A program made the translations under genes and the position numbers. Shown here piece after piece: positions 1-14,804 of a stretch of 64,000 nt of DNA (the first letter of the stretch is position 1; every line of letters begins with the position of its first letter). Source of the stretch: Octopus sinensis (taxonomy: Eukaryota); contig NC_043011.1 of NCBI RefSeq assembly GCF_006345805.1, positions 63,562,464 to 63,626,463 on the forward strand, read 5' to 3'. Under the pieces are notes generated by a model. It was not told where the DNA came from and ran no database searches. It saw only the letters and a list, made by a program, of their open reading frames with translations.

Positions 1-884
1 TTTGGTGGTAGGGACTTGTTTCATTATCATAATTAAAAAGAGTCTACCTTTACTTTTACAAAAAAGTGGTCGTAGAAATAAGACGAAGTATTATTCATTA
101 TTGTGCTTTGTTTCTATCAGAATCGATTGCCTCTAAAGCGAAGAAACAAAACCGACGTATACCAACTATTTTTTGAAAAATTGTTTGAAAATTAGTACCC
201 CACTCCACCCCGCAGAACCTTCGAGTAATGAAAAACTTTCATTCTAAATTTCGTATAGATTGATCCAGCAGTGTGGCTGGGCAAAGCAATATGCCTTAAG
301 GTTGGAGTGAAGTGGTAGAGTCGATTTCGATTCTGAAGAAGGGCCAATAAGCAACTAGAAATAGTCACATGGCATTGACAAAAAAAGTATCGAGTGTACT
401 CTAGCTAATTTTATTAGGTCCATTCTACGGACAGTTATTTGAATAACACACGTCGATAAGTAACATAGGTCACGGAAATATTCAACTTTAAAATATATAA
501 ATTTCATCATATAACTTGAAAGCTACCGCATAGTGTGTAAGCTTGTGTCCATATGAAGACATTTCGTTATTTGAAAACTTAAAGTTTCTTTCTCTTTAAA
601 ACTCTTCTTTCATTATCACAATTAGAGAGTGTTTTAGAATCCTTTATCTTTAAAGCCAAAAATCAAAACCGCTGCAAAAAAAAACAAAATCGGAAGTGCC
701 GTATAGGCGGGTGGGGGCTACAGACCATATATGGGCAAAGACTAAAATTTGTCCCATCCAACTCCTAGAGACTTCCACAGCAATGAAAAACCTTCATGCC
801 AAACTTGGTAGAGATTAAGTCAGCGGTTTCGCCGTGCTTACAGGAAACACACATACCCACACGGAATTGTATAATAGTAACAAT

Positions 885-892
<8 letters not shown>

Positions 893-960
<68 letters not shown>
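893..960. repeat. (TA)n microsatellite
   Basis: Direct sequence. Confidence 0.98.
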
Positions 961-967
<7 letters not shown>

Positions 968-2599
968 ATAAAATAAGGGCAAAATAAAAAATTCTAATAC
1001 CAAATATGCCGAAAAAGACAAAATTTTCAATAACCATTATAATTCACGCGTCTCGAAACAAGCTGATACAAATTTCTAAAAAAAAAATTTAATTAACCTA
1101 TTGGTCCCAATTTCTGGTTTAACGAATAAGAATTTCACCGCTTCAGCGATAAATACGTAAGACATAAATGAAAAACTTACTCATACCCATGGAAAGAGCA
1201 AGCACTAAGTCCTGAGCAGACCTAAGTACCCTAAACATATCCAAAATAGAAATTCTTCTGCACATCTCGAGACACGTGATTCAAACTAGAAAGTTTCACA
1301 GAGTGAAAGAATCCGGATGTGAACGCTATTAAATTTACAACTAATGTAGGATATAACTTTATTAGAAAAAAAAAAAAATTATCAATGGCCAAAAAATTTG
1401 GCCGAGTTAAACATTGAAAAGAAAATTTAGACTAATATTTTTGCTTTTTGCCATTCTGCTAAGAATTTATGCTCGTGTGAACCTGACTGAGTGTAGAAAT
1501 AACGTTAATAAAGCAATATTAATACATATAAGTGTTATATGAACTTGCATAGCGAAACACTAATAAGGCATTTGTGTGTTTGGATAAATTAATGATATAT
1601 TCCGAATATATTTTCATTTGTGACAAAATATTTTCGTCGCTTTGAAACGGCGCTCTTTTCACTGACAAAACTTGGTGCCATAAATAAGCAACAAGGATTT
1701 CCAAGATAGTGTAGTACAATTGTTTCATGCTACTTCATTTTATTAAACACTGTAAGTATTACATCAGTTTTGAAATGTCGAGCAATCTTCAACCACATAT
1801 AGAATTTTTTAATTAAACGGACAATGCTTATACTTATTTCATTTGCCAACATTACAAAGCGGGTAGATTTAGAGAGGCTAATTTCATCATTAAGAACATG
1901 ATGGTAGTATGTTATTCATATATATATGAAACGGTAAACTTTATCTCCGAACTTAATGTTCAAGTTGAGTTAGGACTCAGATTTCCGCGTAATATAACAC
2001 GAGAAGACCTCTTACGTGAAATTGCGGTACATAAGAGCACACATGCTTCCATCATTGAAAGACAAGGACCGTCAGCTCCGAATCTGGAGGTGCCACACTA
2101 CACTATTTTGTTCTATTTTGAGTTTTCAGCCAGATACATTCAGCTGTGTCATAACAACAATCAAAACTATTTAGAATAAATATCACTGTACATTCAGGCG
2201 TTGATGTCGAAAAAGAGGTTCAGCGACTGTCATCAGAGGATTGAATGACAATCAGTGAGGAGAGCGAAACAGATATCACGAAACTTTCCAATGAGTTTTA
2301 CATTAGAATGTACCCGTAGAATTGTCTAAGCATAGAATGTATAAAATTCACGAAAGAATGTAAGCGAAACAGTACGCACGCACACACACGCACGCACGCA
2401 TATAAACACACACATAAATGTATGTATATATACATAATACTGTATGTGTATGTGTATGTAGGTTTAGGTGAGTAATCGAGAAAGAGATTGAAATAGATGC
2501 AAAAATAGATGTATATATGTGTGTGTTCATGCACTTGTTTCTCTCTGCCAGTGGGAGTGCGTGCGCGCGCGGGCGATTTTAGTATGAGCTCTCTCTTTT

Positions 2600-2955
2600 A
2601 CTCATTTTACTATTTTACGTGTTTTAGTCATTTGACTATGGCCATGCTGGAGCAATGCCTTTAGTCGAGCGAATTGACCCCAGGACTTCTTTGTAAATCT
2701 AGTACTTATTCTATCGGTCTCTTTTGCAGAAACGCTAGGTTATGGGAACAAACATAGACACACAAACATATACACATACACGCATATACATATATACATA
2801 TATACGACGGGCTTCTTTCAGTTTCCGTCTACAAAATCCACTCACAAGGCTTTGATCGGCCCGCGGCAATAGTATAAGTCTCTTGCCCAATGTGCCACGC
2901 AGTGGGACTGAACTCGCAACCATGTGGTTGGTAAGCGAGCTACTTATCAGACACC
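2600..2955 (-). mobile_element. tRNA-derived Octopus SINE (head tggctgtgtgg...ggttcagtccc on the minus strand)
   Basis: The string gtcatttgact.tggccatgctggagca...ctaccaaatccactcacaaggc...gtgggactgaac recurs at 20205, 41000, 44998, 56495, 61750 and 48800. Confidence 0.85.
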
Positions 2956-3239
2956 CACTTCGATATAAAGTGCAACTCCTGATCAGAAATTAGTCGCGTG
3001 GGTATCACTATTTCACCTGTTACTAAAACAAATGTTAAAATCTGTTGAAGCTCTTACAATTATAAGATTATGTTATTTATTAATTTGTAGCGAAAGTGCC
3101 ATCCCTATTCACCAGTTGTAGCATCGGTAGATTTCTATCTCTACCCCAATAAAAAACAGCGCAAAGGTCGACGCTTTTATTACAGCGCGAACTTGCTGGA
3201 TCACACTAAGGAAATATTTAGGGAAAGACGTCGACGGCA

Positions 3240-3590
3240 TTACTTATATGTTAAGACATGTTTAATTCTGTTTAATTCATTTGTAAGGGGTATGAGGGCT
3301 ATGCAGAATATTAAAGGTGAAAGTGAGTCACCTTGAAAAATGCCACAGTTGATGTTTATATTTTCTGAGGCAAGAACTCCATTAGAGTGGTATAATTGGA
3401 GATTCGTATTCCACAACGACATATTGTGCTTCAGGAAGTTTGAAATCACAGGCGAAATTTTGAAGATGTCCAGCGATCTCAAGATCCATGGATGCGGTAT
3501 ACTGTCGAAGGCCGTTTTATAGTCAATCCATGCGGGCTGAGATTTCTGCGCTTGTTGTGACAGTTCTCAAGGATCATACGATTAATTAGC
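3240..3590 (-). mobile_element. R4/Dong-clade LINE reverse-transcriptase fragment
   Basis: Minus-strand translation NRMILENCHNKRRNL.AWIDYK..FDSIPHPWI...CGIFQGDSLSPLIFCIALIPL (RT motifs with the QGD(S/T)LSP signature). The 5' end abuts the (TAA)n array. Confidence 0.85.
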
Positions 3591-3607
3591 AGTTGATCTT
3601 TGCATCC

Positions 3608-3608
<1 letters not shown>

Positions 3609-3694
<86 letters not shown>

Positions 3695-3704
3695 TCTATT
3701 ATTA

Positions 3705-3783
<79 letters not shown>

Positions 3784-3788
3784 TATTA

Positions 3789-3829
<41 letters not shown>

Positions 3830-3830
3830 T
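3609..3830. repeat. (TAA)n microsatellite
   Basis: Direct sequence. Confidence 0.98.
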
Positions 3831-3835
3831 GAACC

Positions 3836-4430
3836 TTAAACATACGTAACAACCTCACATAGAGAGGACATGCCCTTCTCCCACTTGGTGCATTTGGACA
3901 TGAAATGTTGCAATGAATAGGAGAGATAATTTCTTAAAAAGGAAGACAAAAACAAAAAATTTAAACAATTCGCCCAGCAACACAATTGAAAAACACACCA
4001 CAGAAACATAACACAAACTCCACTATCATGAACACCAATGTCCACTGCTTTATCCAATCCACCATCATCACAATCACAACCCCCGCCAAAACCGTCACCA
4101 CCTCCACCAACACCACCACCAACAACAACAACAACAACACCATGAACAGCAACACCTCCAAGGTCACCTCTATAACCAGCATCATCATCACAACATACAT
4201 GACAAACACATCCGAAACTTCGCCTGCAACAACAACAACAACAAATACATCAGAACGACAGTCTTCTTGTATTACAGACCAATAAACGTTCACAACAAAT
4301 ATTGACTCCACTCTTTGCATAAACTAAAATACATACACAGGTTAAACATTGAAATTCCCCGAAGCAATCGGATCTGCCGAGGCATTCTATCAAAGAGAAT
4401 ATATACTCCGGAAAGCCCCCAGAACTTAAC
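3836..4430 (+). mobile_element. Possible highly decayed Penelope-like thumb/GIY-YIG remnant interrupted by (CAC/CAA)n
   Basis: Weak frameshifted matches (AEAFY..EY..KPPELN-like C-terminus) followed directly by a (TA)n array. Confidence 0.3.
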
Positions 4431-4439
4431 ACAAAAATA

Positions 4440-4453
4440 TATGTATATATATG

Positions 4454-4530
<77 letters not shown>
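4440..4530. repeat. (TA)n microsatellite
   Basis: Direct sequence. Confidence 0.98.
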
Positions 4531-4537
<7 letters not shown>

Positions 4538-5544
4538 TATATAATTACACAGGTTATTGAAAAAGAATACACATATATAGAAATGTATGTATCTATATAT
4601 TTTTCTATGTACTATGAGTATACATTTATATATATATATAATATAATATACACGCGTATATGAATATATATAAGTAGGTATACATAGATATACCGGAGTC
4701 TGCGCAAGCGTGCATATGTGTGCGTGTGTGTGAGTGTGGATGATTGTGTGTGTTTGTGAATGTGTGTTTGTGCATGCAAATTTATATTTTCATATACATA
4801 CCCGTATGTACTGTGAGATGAAAATGCTTACGTAAATTTGAAATGATACTTCCAATTTAATCAATAACCGACATTATGAAAACAGATGCATTGGGAGAAT
4901 ATTTCTTCCAGAAGTGTTTGAAGCACAGCAGTTGCTGATTTAATGATCCCCTCTATGTTTTCTTTCGTTTATTGAAATAAATATAATGTAACAGTTGCCA
5001 GTCATTTCTCAATAAATTATACGTGTATTGCACATGTGGCGTTCTAATGTATTTTGCTGAAATGCTGTACATATCTGCGATGATATTACTGATCATTCTT
5101 TCAAAGGTTTCTATGTCCTTGGCAATGGTTTTCAAAGCAGCTGTGGTGGTGTGCTTGTTTTTGTCGGTTGCCTTCATGCTAATAATATAACAATTTTGAA
5201 ATTAATGATACAGGAAAATAGAATTGTTTCCATCTAATATAAAAGCGCACAAACAAAGCTGTTCTGTATTTATATAAGCTCGTTATTGTTGCCCGATATT
5301 GCAAACTTTCTATCATTGTCGATATTGTTTTTAATTACGCAATATTTAGCCATAGATTCACAGGAGATATAGATCACAGAGGAAGACACCCGGTTCAGCG
5401 TACTTTTACTTTCCGTGTTCTTCATTTCTTACCTTGAATTTTAAGATATCAGTCAAGGTAAAGCTGCTTTTAATAGTTTTTCCTCTACATGAACAAGTTT
5501 GGTGGAATAACTTGTAAACTTGGAATTTCACGCCACACAGAAAC

Positions 5545-5720
5545 TATGAAATTGAAAGAAGAATGCGTTTGTGTGAAATTTTATTTAAAGATGGTGAAAA
5601 TCTTTACGGAGCAATGTCAGATATCAACAAGAAGAATAGTTTGAGCATGCCATAATTACCAGTATTAGTATGAGTGTTTGAAATCTGGAAAAACTGCCTA
5701 GAAAGATAATGTGCGGAGAC
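5545..5720 (+). mobile_element. mariner transposase N-terminal (HTH) remnant
   Basis: EECVCVKFYLKMVKIFTE resembles mariner QRVCIKFCFKLGK..TE; it is followed by a degenerate YEW...KSG...LED..GRP-like stretch. Confidence 0.5.
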
Positions 5721-8700
5721 CCTTTTTTTAGTGGGAAATATTTTGTCACGAACCTGGGAACTTTGCCAAATACCCTAAGTAATAGGCATCCGGTATTATT
5801 CTTGTCCCAGAATTTTAAAAGTAAAACCCAAGCTGAACAACTTTACCTAGAATTTTTTCTGAGTCTGTTGATTGAATTATAAAGGTTGACCGAATTATAG
5901 AGGAACAGTTCCAGGTTTCTCAACCACCGAGTTACACTGTATCAAGTTTAGTCGACATATTTCTAGATCTGTTAGCAATTCCATGGGCGTTTAAAGCAGA
6001 TTGCAAATCAAAGTACAATCTCTCAAATGGTATTCACTTGTGAGTAGCGGATTTCGTATTTATAGGTCTGTCTGTGTAAATGTCTGTATTTACGTGTGTA
6101 TAGAGGTGTTTATGCATACAAAGGTATGTGTGCGTATGTGCATGTGTGTGTGTGAGAGAGAATGTGTGTATGTGTGTGTATGCGTGTGTGTTTGTGTGTG
6201 TGTGTATGTGTGTGTTTGTGTGTATATATAAATTGATCTGTTTTGTAAATGATTTTGATCTGGAAATTTTATACGTATTTGAAGAGATGTATTTTGAAAA
6301 CAAATGATTTTCAGAGGTTTTAATTAACGTGGACATACATATATTGTGAGCTAACTTCTACCCTATAGCTACATAACACCTGTAATCTCCGTTTCAGACT
6401 CAAGTAAAATAAAAGCATCTTGTCCAGATAACTGTCTATAGTTATTAAAAGAAGTCTACACTTAAATGGAGCTTCTGATAATGAAGTCTTCGTGTGGTTC
6501 AATTATATTTTTCTATGATAAACATGTGTTTTCTGGCAGTTATGGGGTGGGGCGGGTGAGGAAGGTTCAATTCGAAGAGATGAGGGACAGATAATGCGCA
6601 CCGGTGGACACTCCAGTAGGTGAGTCGCTTGACAGACAAAAGCTGGAAACATTAATTAGTGCCGTTAGGGACATCATTACCGTCACCAATTCGCTCCATT
6701 CATATTCACACACTTGGGTGATGGGTAAAACCCCCAAAGAGTAAATCACATCTGGGTTTTTTTTTAATTATGGTAACAAAAGAGGCTCTTACAGGGGATG
6801 GAGTTAAGGTTCCTGTGAAGATTTTTTAAAAAACTTTTTCATGACTATCTCCACAACCATATTGACAGTAAATGGGAAATGATATAAAGTGGTGTATGCC
6901 GCAGATATAAGGATTACCTTTAGAAAAGGGGTCAATTTTTAGCTTGATAGCAATGTATGATAGGAAGTACAGTGTTTTCAATAGTACAGTAAATTTAATA
7001 CTCTCATAGAACTAGTAGTTTGATATTTGAGTAATACATCTTTGCACACCACAGAAATAACACCACTAATATATTTTGTCCATCTTACACTAGGCTTAAC
7101 AATACTGTTGCTAATTTGGCACCACTAAAAACTTCAACATCGTACAGATTATATTAACTTTCTTTTAGAAGTCACGACTGTAACTTATTCGAAATTCATT
7201 TTGACTTTCTCTTTCTAGGTCTGCTCCCAATGCGCAAGTGCTGCTGTGGCTATTCTAATTATAAAGATATTCCTATACTAATGAATATACATGCCACTTC
7301 ACGTATATATATGTTACCTATCAAATTTTGTCTTTGAAAAAGATGAAGATCCGCGATGTGAGGATTAACGATTCAGAGATTTTTAAAAAATGCAATGCAC
7401 ACATTTAAAGACCAGCAATTATTTCATTGCTTTGTAAACGAGAGTTTGCACGAAATGTGTGTTTAGAATGGAGCATCACTTGCTAGTGTCTATTACGGCA
7501 TTGTAATAAAAACTCCTTCACACGAGATGAGTTCAAACGCAATTTTATTTTGCTATTATGCATAGTGAGCTCTTAGGAAAAAATAAACTATTTTCCTAAT
7601 TTGCACTCTTGGTTGTGTTGTGATTAAGAATTCTTGAATTTCTCGTCGATCATTTGCGTGTAACTCAATAGATTTCACTCGGTGTTTTCTATCCTATGGC
7701 ATTACATCGATAACATCAATGTTCTTGCATATAATCGTGTATAAAGTGGGCTGGTGGCAATTGCATGCTGCTTCGACAAACTCTGAAAAAAAGAAAAAAA
7801 TCAATTACCAGTAATTTATGAAGAAAGAAATGTTACAAAAATAAAAATATATAGCTAGACATACAATGTCGTATTGTACATTTTTTTCGGAATACTGGCC
7901 TAACTTTTGCTGGCGCCACAAATTCAACAGCAGAAATATAACGCCAGAGACAGCAGATGTAAATAGAGAAGCAACAGTAGCGACACATATAAACAAACAG
8001 CAACAGCAAAAAAGCGACGTCAGAAAAAGACCAGGAATACGAGTAGAAGGGAAAAGCATGAACCGGTCATTATTTGAAGGACGAAATAAATAATGATCGA
8101 GGCCAAAATGGCGTCACATATCACAAAACAATTATAACATCTGCGGAAGTTGCAGCAGCCTCGGTATTAGGATCAACGTCTTAAACTCTTATTAGTGTAT
8201 TTTCGTGGCAAGGCTCAATCATACTCTCTATGTCACTCTCCCTTACTCCCTCTCTACGCCCTCCCTCTCTCTGTCTTTCCGTAACACTCATTAATCATAT
8301 AACTATATTTTCCCACTTTCTCTGATCACCACTCCTGTTCTCACAGCACATCACAAAGGGAAGTCGACTCGAGCGGTATTCCTTACTACAAGGCAATGAA
8401 GAAAGAACCAGAGATCAATGTCTGCAGCATGCAAAACTTTAAAAAAAATGTAATTTTGAAATAATTCGAAGAAACTCATGAAATAGAAATGAATAGCAAC
8501 AAAGATGGAGAGAATCAGGAGTCAAATTTCCAACCCTCTGTTCAGAAATCCTTCCAATCAAAAGAAAATAGCGAAGAAGTATATGTAGTCTTGACAAGAG
8601 TATTCACAAATACCCACGAGCAGCCTTCAGAATCTTTGAATCCCTTCCCGTTGACGAAAGTGAATTTGAAGTTCGTACCAAAAAACGAAGTACGTGACGT

Positions 8701-9492
8701 TTCCATTATTATGCATGATGTTCTTTTGAATTAGGGTTTCTTGTTCAACATCTCATGCAATTTGGTTAAATATATTACAGCCATCACGAAGACCACTGCC
8801 TCTGATCTCTGGTCTTCAACATTTGAACGTGCAAGCGTCACTTAGTAAGTGTGAAAAGTTTGGAACACGAATGACATGCTTTCGTCTCAGACATAGGTGA
8901 TCAATTCTTAGCGCTCAATTTGAGGACAACGGAAAACGTTATTTCATAATAACGGCCGTCAATTTCCTGACAGTTTCTGAATACCCGGAACCATTGGAAT
9001 GGCTAAAATAATCTAAGGAAGCGCTAATATTTGTCCCAGCGTTTAACAGTCGAGTCTTATCCAAATTCCAGTGACGTAAATCTAATGAACTAAATAATTT
9101 TGTTGTTGTTCCAAATGCTCTTGGCTATATCTTTTAGATTCTTGTTCCATTTCTCACTGCAACAAATATACGAGCTACAAAGCAGATGGGATACTTTGAG
9201 GTCTCCTCTGATAACTACGTCATACCGTCTGCTTTCTAACAGCCATTTCTCATGATTGTCAGTGTTTATCCTCAAATTCCAGTATGAAAGCAATTGGTAA
9301 TTTAGCTATTATGAGGCTATAACATAGTGTTGTATCAATAATATACAATGCTATAATATATGTCTATATCTAAATCACATACCTATAAATGCACATGGAA
9401 CCTGACATATATTTAAAACACACACATTCATACATAGCTATCTATCTATCTAACTACCTATCTACCTATCTATCATGGTTGGGAGATAACAG

Positions 9493-9885
9493 CTTACTCA
9501 AAATACAGTCACTCAGCTTCTGCCATGGTCTCAGTACATTTCCCCAACTTGTGATTGAGTTCATGGCTCTGTCTTCCAAGATCTTCGAACACCCTAATCT
9601 TCGCTTTATTCTTGGACTTAGTGTTATAGGCAAAGATGTCAGTACCCTTCTCAACCTGTCTCCGCATACGAGAACCTATGGGCTTACAATCCACGAATTA
9701 AAAGACCAAAAAGTTGGGGCTGATGAAGCTGTAGTAATTCTCCGACAGCCATGTCTGACACAGGTATGCAAAGAAGCAGAACCCTGCTGCCACATATAGA
9801 ACCTTCCAGCAGCTGTCCACTCTGGCCAGGGATTGACCACATCCTCCAGGAAGGTAGAAACTGCTGCAATCGGAAACATTTTAAA
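9493..9885 (-). mobile_element. Tc1/mariner DD37D (maT-like) transposase C-terminal remnant
   Basis: FLEDVVNPWPEWTAAGRFYMWQQGSASLHT...FWSFNSWIVSP resembles LEEVVLPW..AAGRPYVWQQDSAPCHT..WPPNSPDCNP; continues into VEK.T...NTK..K.KI..VFEDL. Confidence 0.85.
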
Positions 9886-12800
9886 TTTAATTTTTCAAAA
9901 AAAGCAGGATTGTTATTGGCATGGTGGAGTAGAGAATGAATGGACAGAAAGCAGTTTTGTTAACGAGACGATAAGTGTGATATGATGAAACTTTATGCAT
10001 CTGAATCTGTCTCTAAAGTTTCATGGGGAACACAGGGGTGAACACAGAAGAGCGATAATCTAAACGATCTCGTATCAATTCATTATCTATTGGTTCTGGC
10101 AGATTCGGACGTGAACAACTGACCTCTGGTTTTTTTTTCGTCATCGGAGAACTCCTCATTATTCTATTTTTTCATGACATGCGTCATAACAAAGGAATTG
10201 CCTGGCAATATGTTTGATTGTAATATTCTATGTTCTTCTTACTATATTGTTAAAGTTATCGTTACAGTTTTATTCCCGCATAGTTGACACTGTGTTGAAA
10301 TACTGTGATATTGCTGCGTTGCTGTATTAGTCTTATCTCAGTTTTACTGCCTACAATCTTCCTTTAACATGAGTGTATTATTGAAAAGTAAGAGTTATCA
10401 ATAAAATGAGTGGGGAAGTATTATACAAATGATAAAATGGTTTTATGTCTATGAAAATTGTCATTCAAAATATAGCCTTATGAGTTGACTTACACCAAAT
10501 ATAAACTTATGGTTTTCATCATACCAAGATGAAGAATAAAGCTACCATAAGCATGCAGAGGGAGAAGGTAATGTTGGGCGACGCGCCGACCTTCCCGAAA
10601 GTATGTGGTGTTAATGTAGGGTCAGTCCCTGAAATAAATATGAAAGATTGGTAAACATCCATTGAAACTCTTACTACACATTGTAGAGATATGGATGGAA
10701 ATTTTATGCATCACTTTCTCGTGCATAAACTAGCCACTCCAGTTTTTTTCTCCAGAACTGCTCCGATTAAACTTGTGATGCGGATTTTAATTTTCCTGGA
10801 GACTATGTTGAAGCTTGCAAAAAGTAGCAAATCCATAATTTGTCTATTTGAACGCTGGAATAGAAATTAGAATTTTATTGGTGCTACCTATAGAACTCAA
10901 TCGTTCTGCCTGCAACAATCTAAGTCAGCTAGAGGTGCAAGAAAACAATAATGTCGGATAGGAATTTAAATGTATTCCACGAAATGTGTCTCGGACAGAG
11001 TCTGAGCTCCAAATGTTCGATTAGTATCCCAAATGAGGAGGTTTCGAGAAGAGCGAGGTCACAACCGCTGCACGGTTTTGCAGCTGAGCGCCGCTTCTGC
11101 ATCGCTGGTGTCATTCTCGCTCTAGTCAATCAATGGAAGTCGAAAAATGCCTGTCGCCAGGCATAAAATAGCTATGCGAAAGATCACTTGCTGAAGGTCA
11201 TTTCATAATGAATTCATGACCTTTCGTGGAATGAATATGGTATTCTAGCATCCGGTCGAATTTGGGGGAAAGGAGATTTTCGTGAAATGCGCCGAGCGGT
11301 ACAGGGAAGTACAACTATTCTACCATTTCTTGAAGTTTCGAAATACTCAAATTTATGTAACGTAAAATTATTCAAATTTATTTACTATAATTTACTTTAA
11401 AATAACTTTTACACTTTAGCATTTAAACTATCCGTATCTGGCTAAAATACTCTTCCTGTTTTACACGCAACATGGTCATCCCTGGCCTCTAATATATATC
11501 CACAAGCATAATTCTTAAAATAAAGAACCACACCATCAAAATCCCAAACCTACGGGATAATGCATGGTTAATTCAAAACACAGTAAATAAATAAGCTTTA
11601 CATTTGGCAGTGCAACCTGAATGCTAGAGTGTTACCTGATAACCAAGCAAAATGTTAAGGATTTGTTTTGAAATATTAAATTGATTTTAATATATGTTCA
11701 ACGCTTATTAAATTGCATCCGACAAAAGAAGTTTACAGAATTCGATACCGGTTTGAATTTAGTGTTATTACATAATTTACTACATCAAGACTTACAATCA
11801 CACTTGTTGGCGATAACGATATTGTAGTAGCGACCACACGTATGATATAATTGCAGAAAACACGTTTCAAACAGCATCATACGCCTGAAACAGAAAAGAT
11901 TTTGTAAAGAAATATTATTGTGGAAAATGGAAATTTCAACAGTTGAAAATAGTTTAAAATATTTATGTTCTAACATCTAAGAAACTTTTGTTTTACAAAA
12001 TAATTACACGAGGACAAGAACTGAAGGTTTTACAACGATTAGATTTTGGGAGCAAACCTTTAAAATTGTGCTGATAATTTGCCCAAAAAGGAATTAATAA
12101 TCTTAGCATCTCTAATCTCATCCTAATTAAAAGACATATATTATTCATTTTGATCATTTTTAAGGCCATACCATGGAATATTTTACTTATGCTTTGTCCG
12201 ATAGCATGGTTAGAAGTTAAAGCAGGAGGTTACTTTTAACAATTCAAATGTCTAGTACAAGCAAAATGTGATAGACAGAAATACTAGCACTGAATAGTTG
12301 ATAATATTTATGAATTAGATAAGTAAATAACAGAAGTAAAAGTGGAAGAGTTATGTACTGGCAGAAATTATGAAGATTTTCATTTCTTTTTTCAGGATAT
12401 TTTAGAAAGACTCTCGGACACATAAGTTTAGCAATATCGTGGCAAGATTTTGAGGCTGTAAAACCTGGAATTCGATAAATAAAAACTGTCAATTAAATAT
12501 ATATCACAAACGCACACACACACGCATATGGCAAATGAAAAACGGAAATAGAATATACGAAAATTTATTATTAATCACGACAATTGTTTCGAAATATCTA
12601 GCATCCATCCCTCATGGCTAGGATACTCGACAACTAGTTCAGGATCATCCGGTGGTGCAGATGTATCTCGTCGGGTGATAAATAAGAACAACTCTTTAAA
12701 ATAACGGTTCCGCAATGTAACTTCTCGTTTTGTAGAAAGAAAACAGCCAGATGGAGGAAATATCTTCATTTATATTGAAAATCAAAAGTAAAATCACAGA

Positions 12801-14060
12801 TGGTAAAAAGAGAAACGAACACGCAGTCCAGCGAGAAAAATATTAAAAATAACCACTAACCAATATGGATGTATAAAGGCCCTCGCGAAAGTAGCATGGC
12901 GCGAGTACATTCGCTCATGCAATCATCCACGAAAATGTGAGCATACGCACATCTGATGTTTGGTGCAATCATGATCACACATCGTTAACTATCTACTTGG
13001 TGTTTGTAAAAATGGGGAGATTGAAAGTAAACTGAAGACATCCATACTTTAAAGTAACTTAAGTTTAGTTAATGGTTACTCAAAAGTCATTCCCATGGCA
13101 TTGTGTGAAAGTACATTGATATGAATGTAGGCATCTCGAGAGTCGTTAGGAATTTCTATTAATGATCTCGTTAGTCCACAGAATATATAGAGATGCCCCG
13201 GAGCAGAGACGGTATATTCTGAAATTATATTGCATTGTTTCGAGTGCCTTACTATGGGACCAAGTTATGCTGTACTACATTTTATGCTCCTCCAGCCGTC
13301 ATACAAAATCTGCCAAAGATTTTGTCTCTTTTTGATAATCATAAACCTGGTAACATCGTTACGGTAAGGTATATTAAATGAATCAGCCGTCTGCCTAATG
13401 TAAACATACGGTCCTCCACTTGTGTGCAAGGTACATTTGTATACAAGATTTTTATATACATCAGCTCGCTTTCTGACTTAAGACACTCACCCACACACAA
13501 ATGCTGGAAAACTCATACACATTTACATACCTATACACACAGAAGGACACGCACACACACACACATTCATGCGCACACATATTTTCGTACATTCTAGTAT
13601 CTGAAGTTCCAAATCCCTAACGAGTGCACCTGCGCGAGGGGCACACTGAAGTGGCAATTTATTAGAAACTTCCTCAAGTTTAATGAAAAATCAACATTAA
13701 TTTTCGCGCGGTTATATTAAATGTTGTTTGTTATTTCTTTGAAATTGATACCCCAAACTAAAGAAGTGTGTGGTATGACGTTTATTATACCGCAAGCAAA
13801 CAATCTTCAGAGCCTGGGACAACTACTGAAAATATGTTATTAATAGTACTTACTAAACGAAAGTCTGGGAATATCGTGCACAGTGTTCTGACTAACCTTT
13901 GCACAACTTCAATTACGCTCTCAGGATATGAGTTTTGGAGATGGAGAAAATATTGCCTTACGCAAAGATTAGTGACTATTTAATGCTAGAGACTACTATA
14001 GATCGCATTTTTATAACACCCATCTATGTCGCAGAAATTTCCATTTTAAGTTTCATTATA

Positions 14061-14109
<49 letters not shown>

Positions 14110-14134
14110 AGGTTTGGAGATGATGTACAGGTAT

Positions 14135-14462
<328 letters not shown>

Positions 14463-14479
14463 TAACTGGAACCTCGTTA

Positions 14480-14750
14480 CCCGAGAAATTCTGTTGCCAA
14501 TAAGAGTTAAGAAATGATTCATTACTGATGCCGTGCAGAGGCCTCATATTACTTTAAATTATACTGGCTTTGTTACATACTGCACAGTTATACTGGCTGG
14601 CAGGACACTGAGGCGCCACCGTATGCACTCTCTTAAAATCTATTTTCAGACCTCCAACTGAGAGGCACTCCCTTCCACATTTTACACATATTCTGTTGTG
14701 AATTGTAATCGCCACATCATCGTTTATCATGGTTCGATTACTGTGAGACA
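14480..14750 (-). mobile_element. RTE-type LINE 3' coding remnant (C-terminal Cys/His motif)
   Basis: RICVKCGRECLSVGGLKIDFKRVH...YNCAVCNK resembles the C..CGR.C.S..GL..H.R.H tail of RTE ORFs. Confidence 0.55.
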
Positions 14751-14804
14751 TTTGATGGTCGACCAGGCCTACACCGAGTCAAACACCTCCAACGAACCAC
14801 ACAC

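Larger units (their letters stand above)
1..3177. repeat. Dispersed direct repeat, copy A (segmental duplication or large TE copy; left end lies outside the window)
   Basis: Collinear with 17645-20782 from the first base (tttggtggtagggacttg) to ggtcgacgcttt. Differences are scattered substitutions and TA-array length. Paired ORFs in the track: 1519/19126, 1898/19506, 2298/19903. Confidence 0.95.

Noticed and set aside
333-365. ctgaaga...gaaa hammerhead-like core (also at ~17977 in copy B)
   Set aside because: Stems I and II cannot be paired
3586-3858. Many long ORFs in the track (poly-I, poly-IY, poly-L, poly-E, poly-N) here and throughout the window
   Set aside because: These are translations of (TAA)n, (TA)n, (TTC)n and (CAA)n microsatellites, not genes
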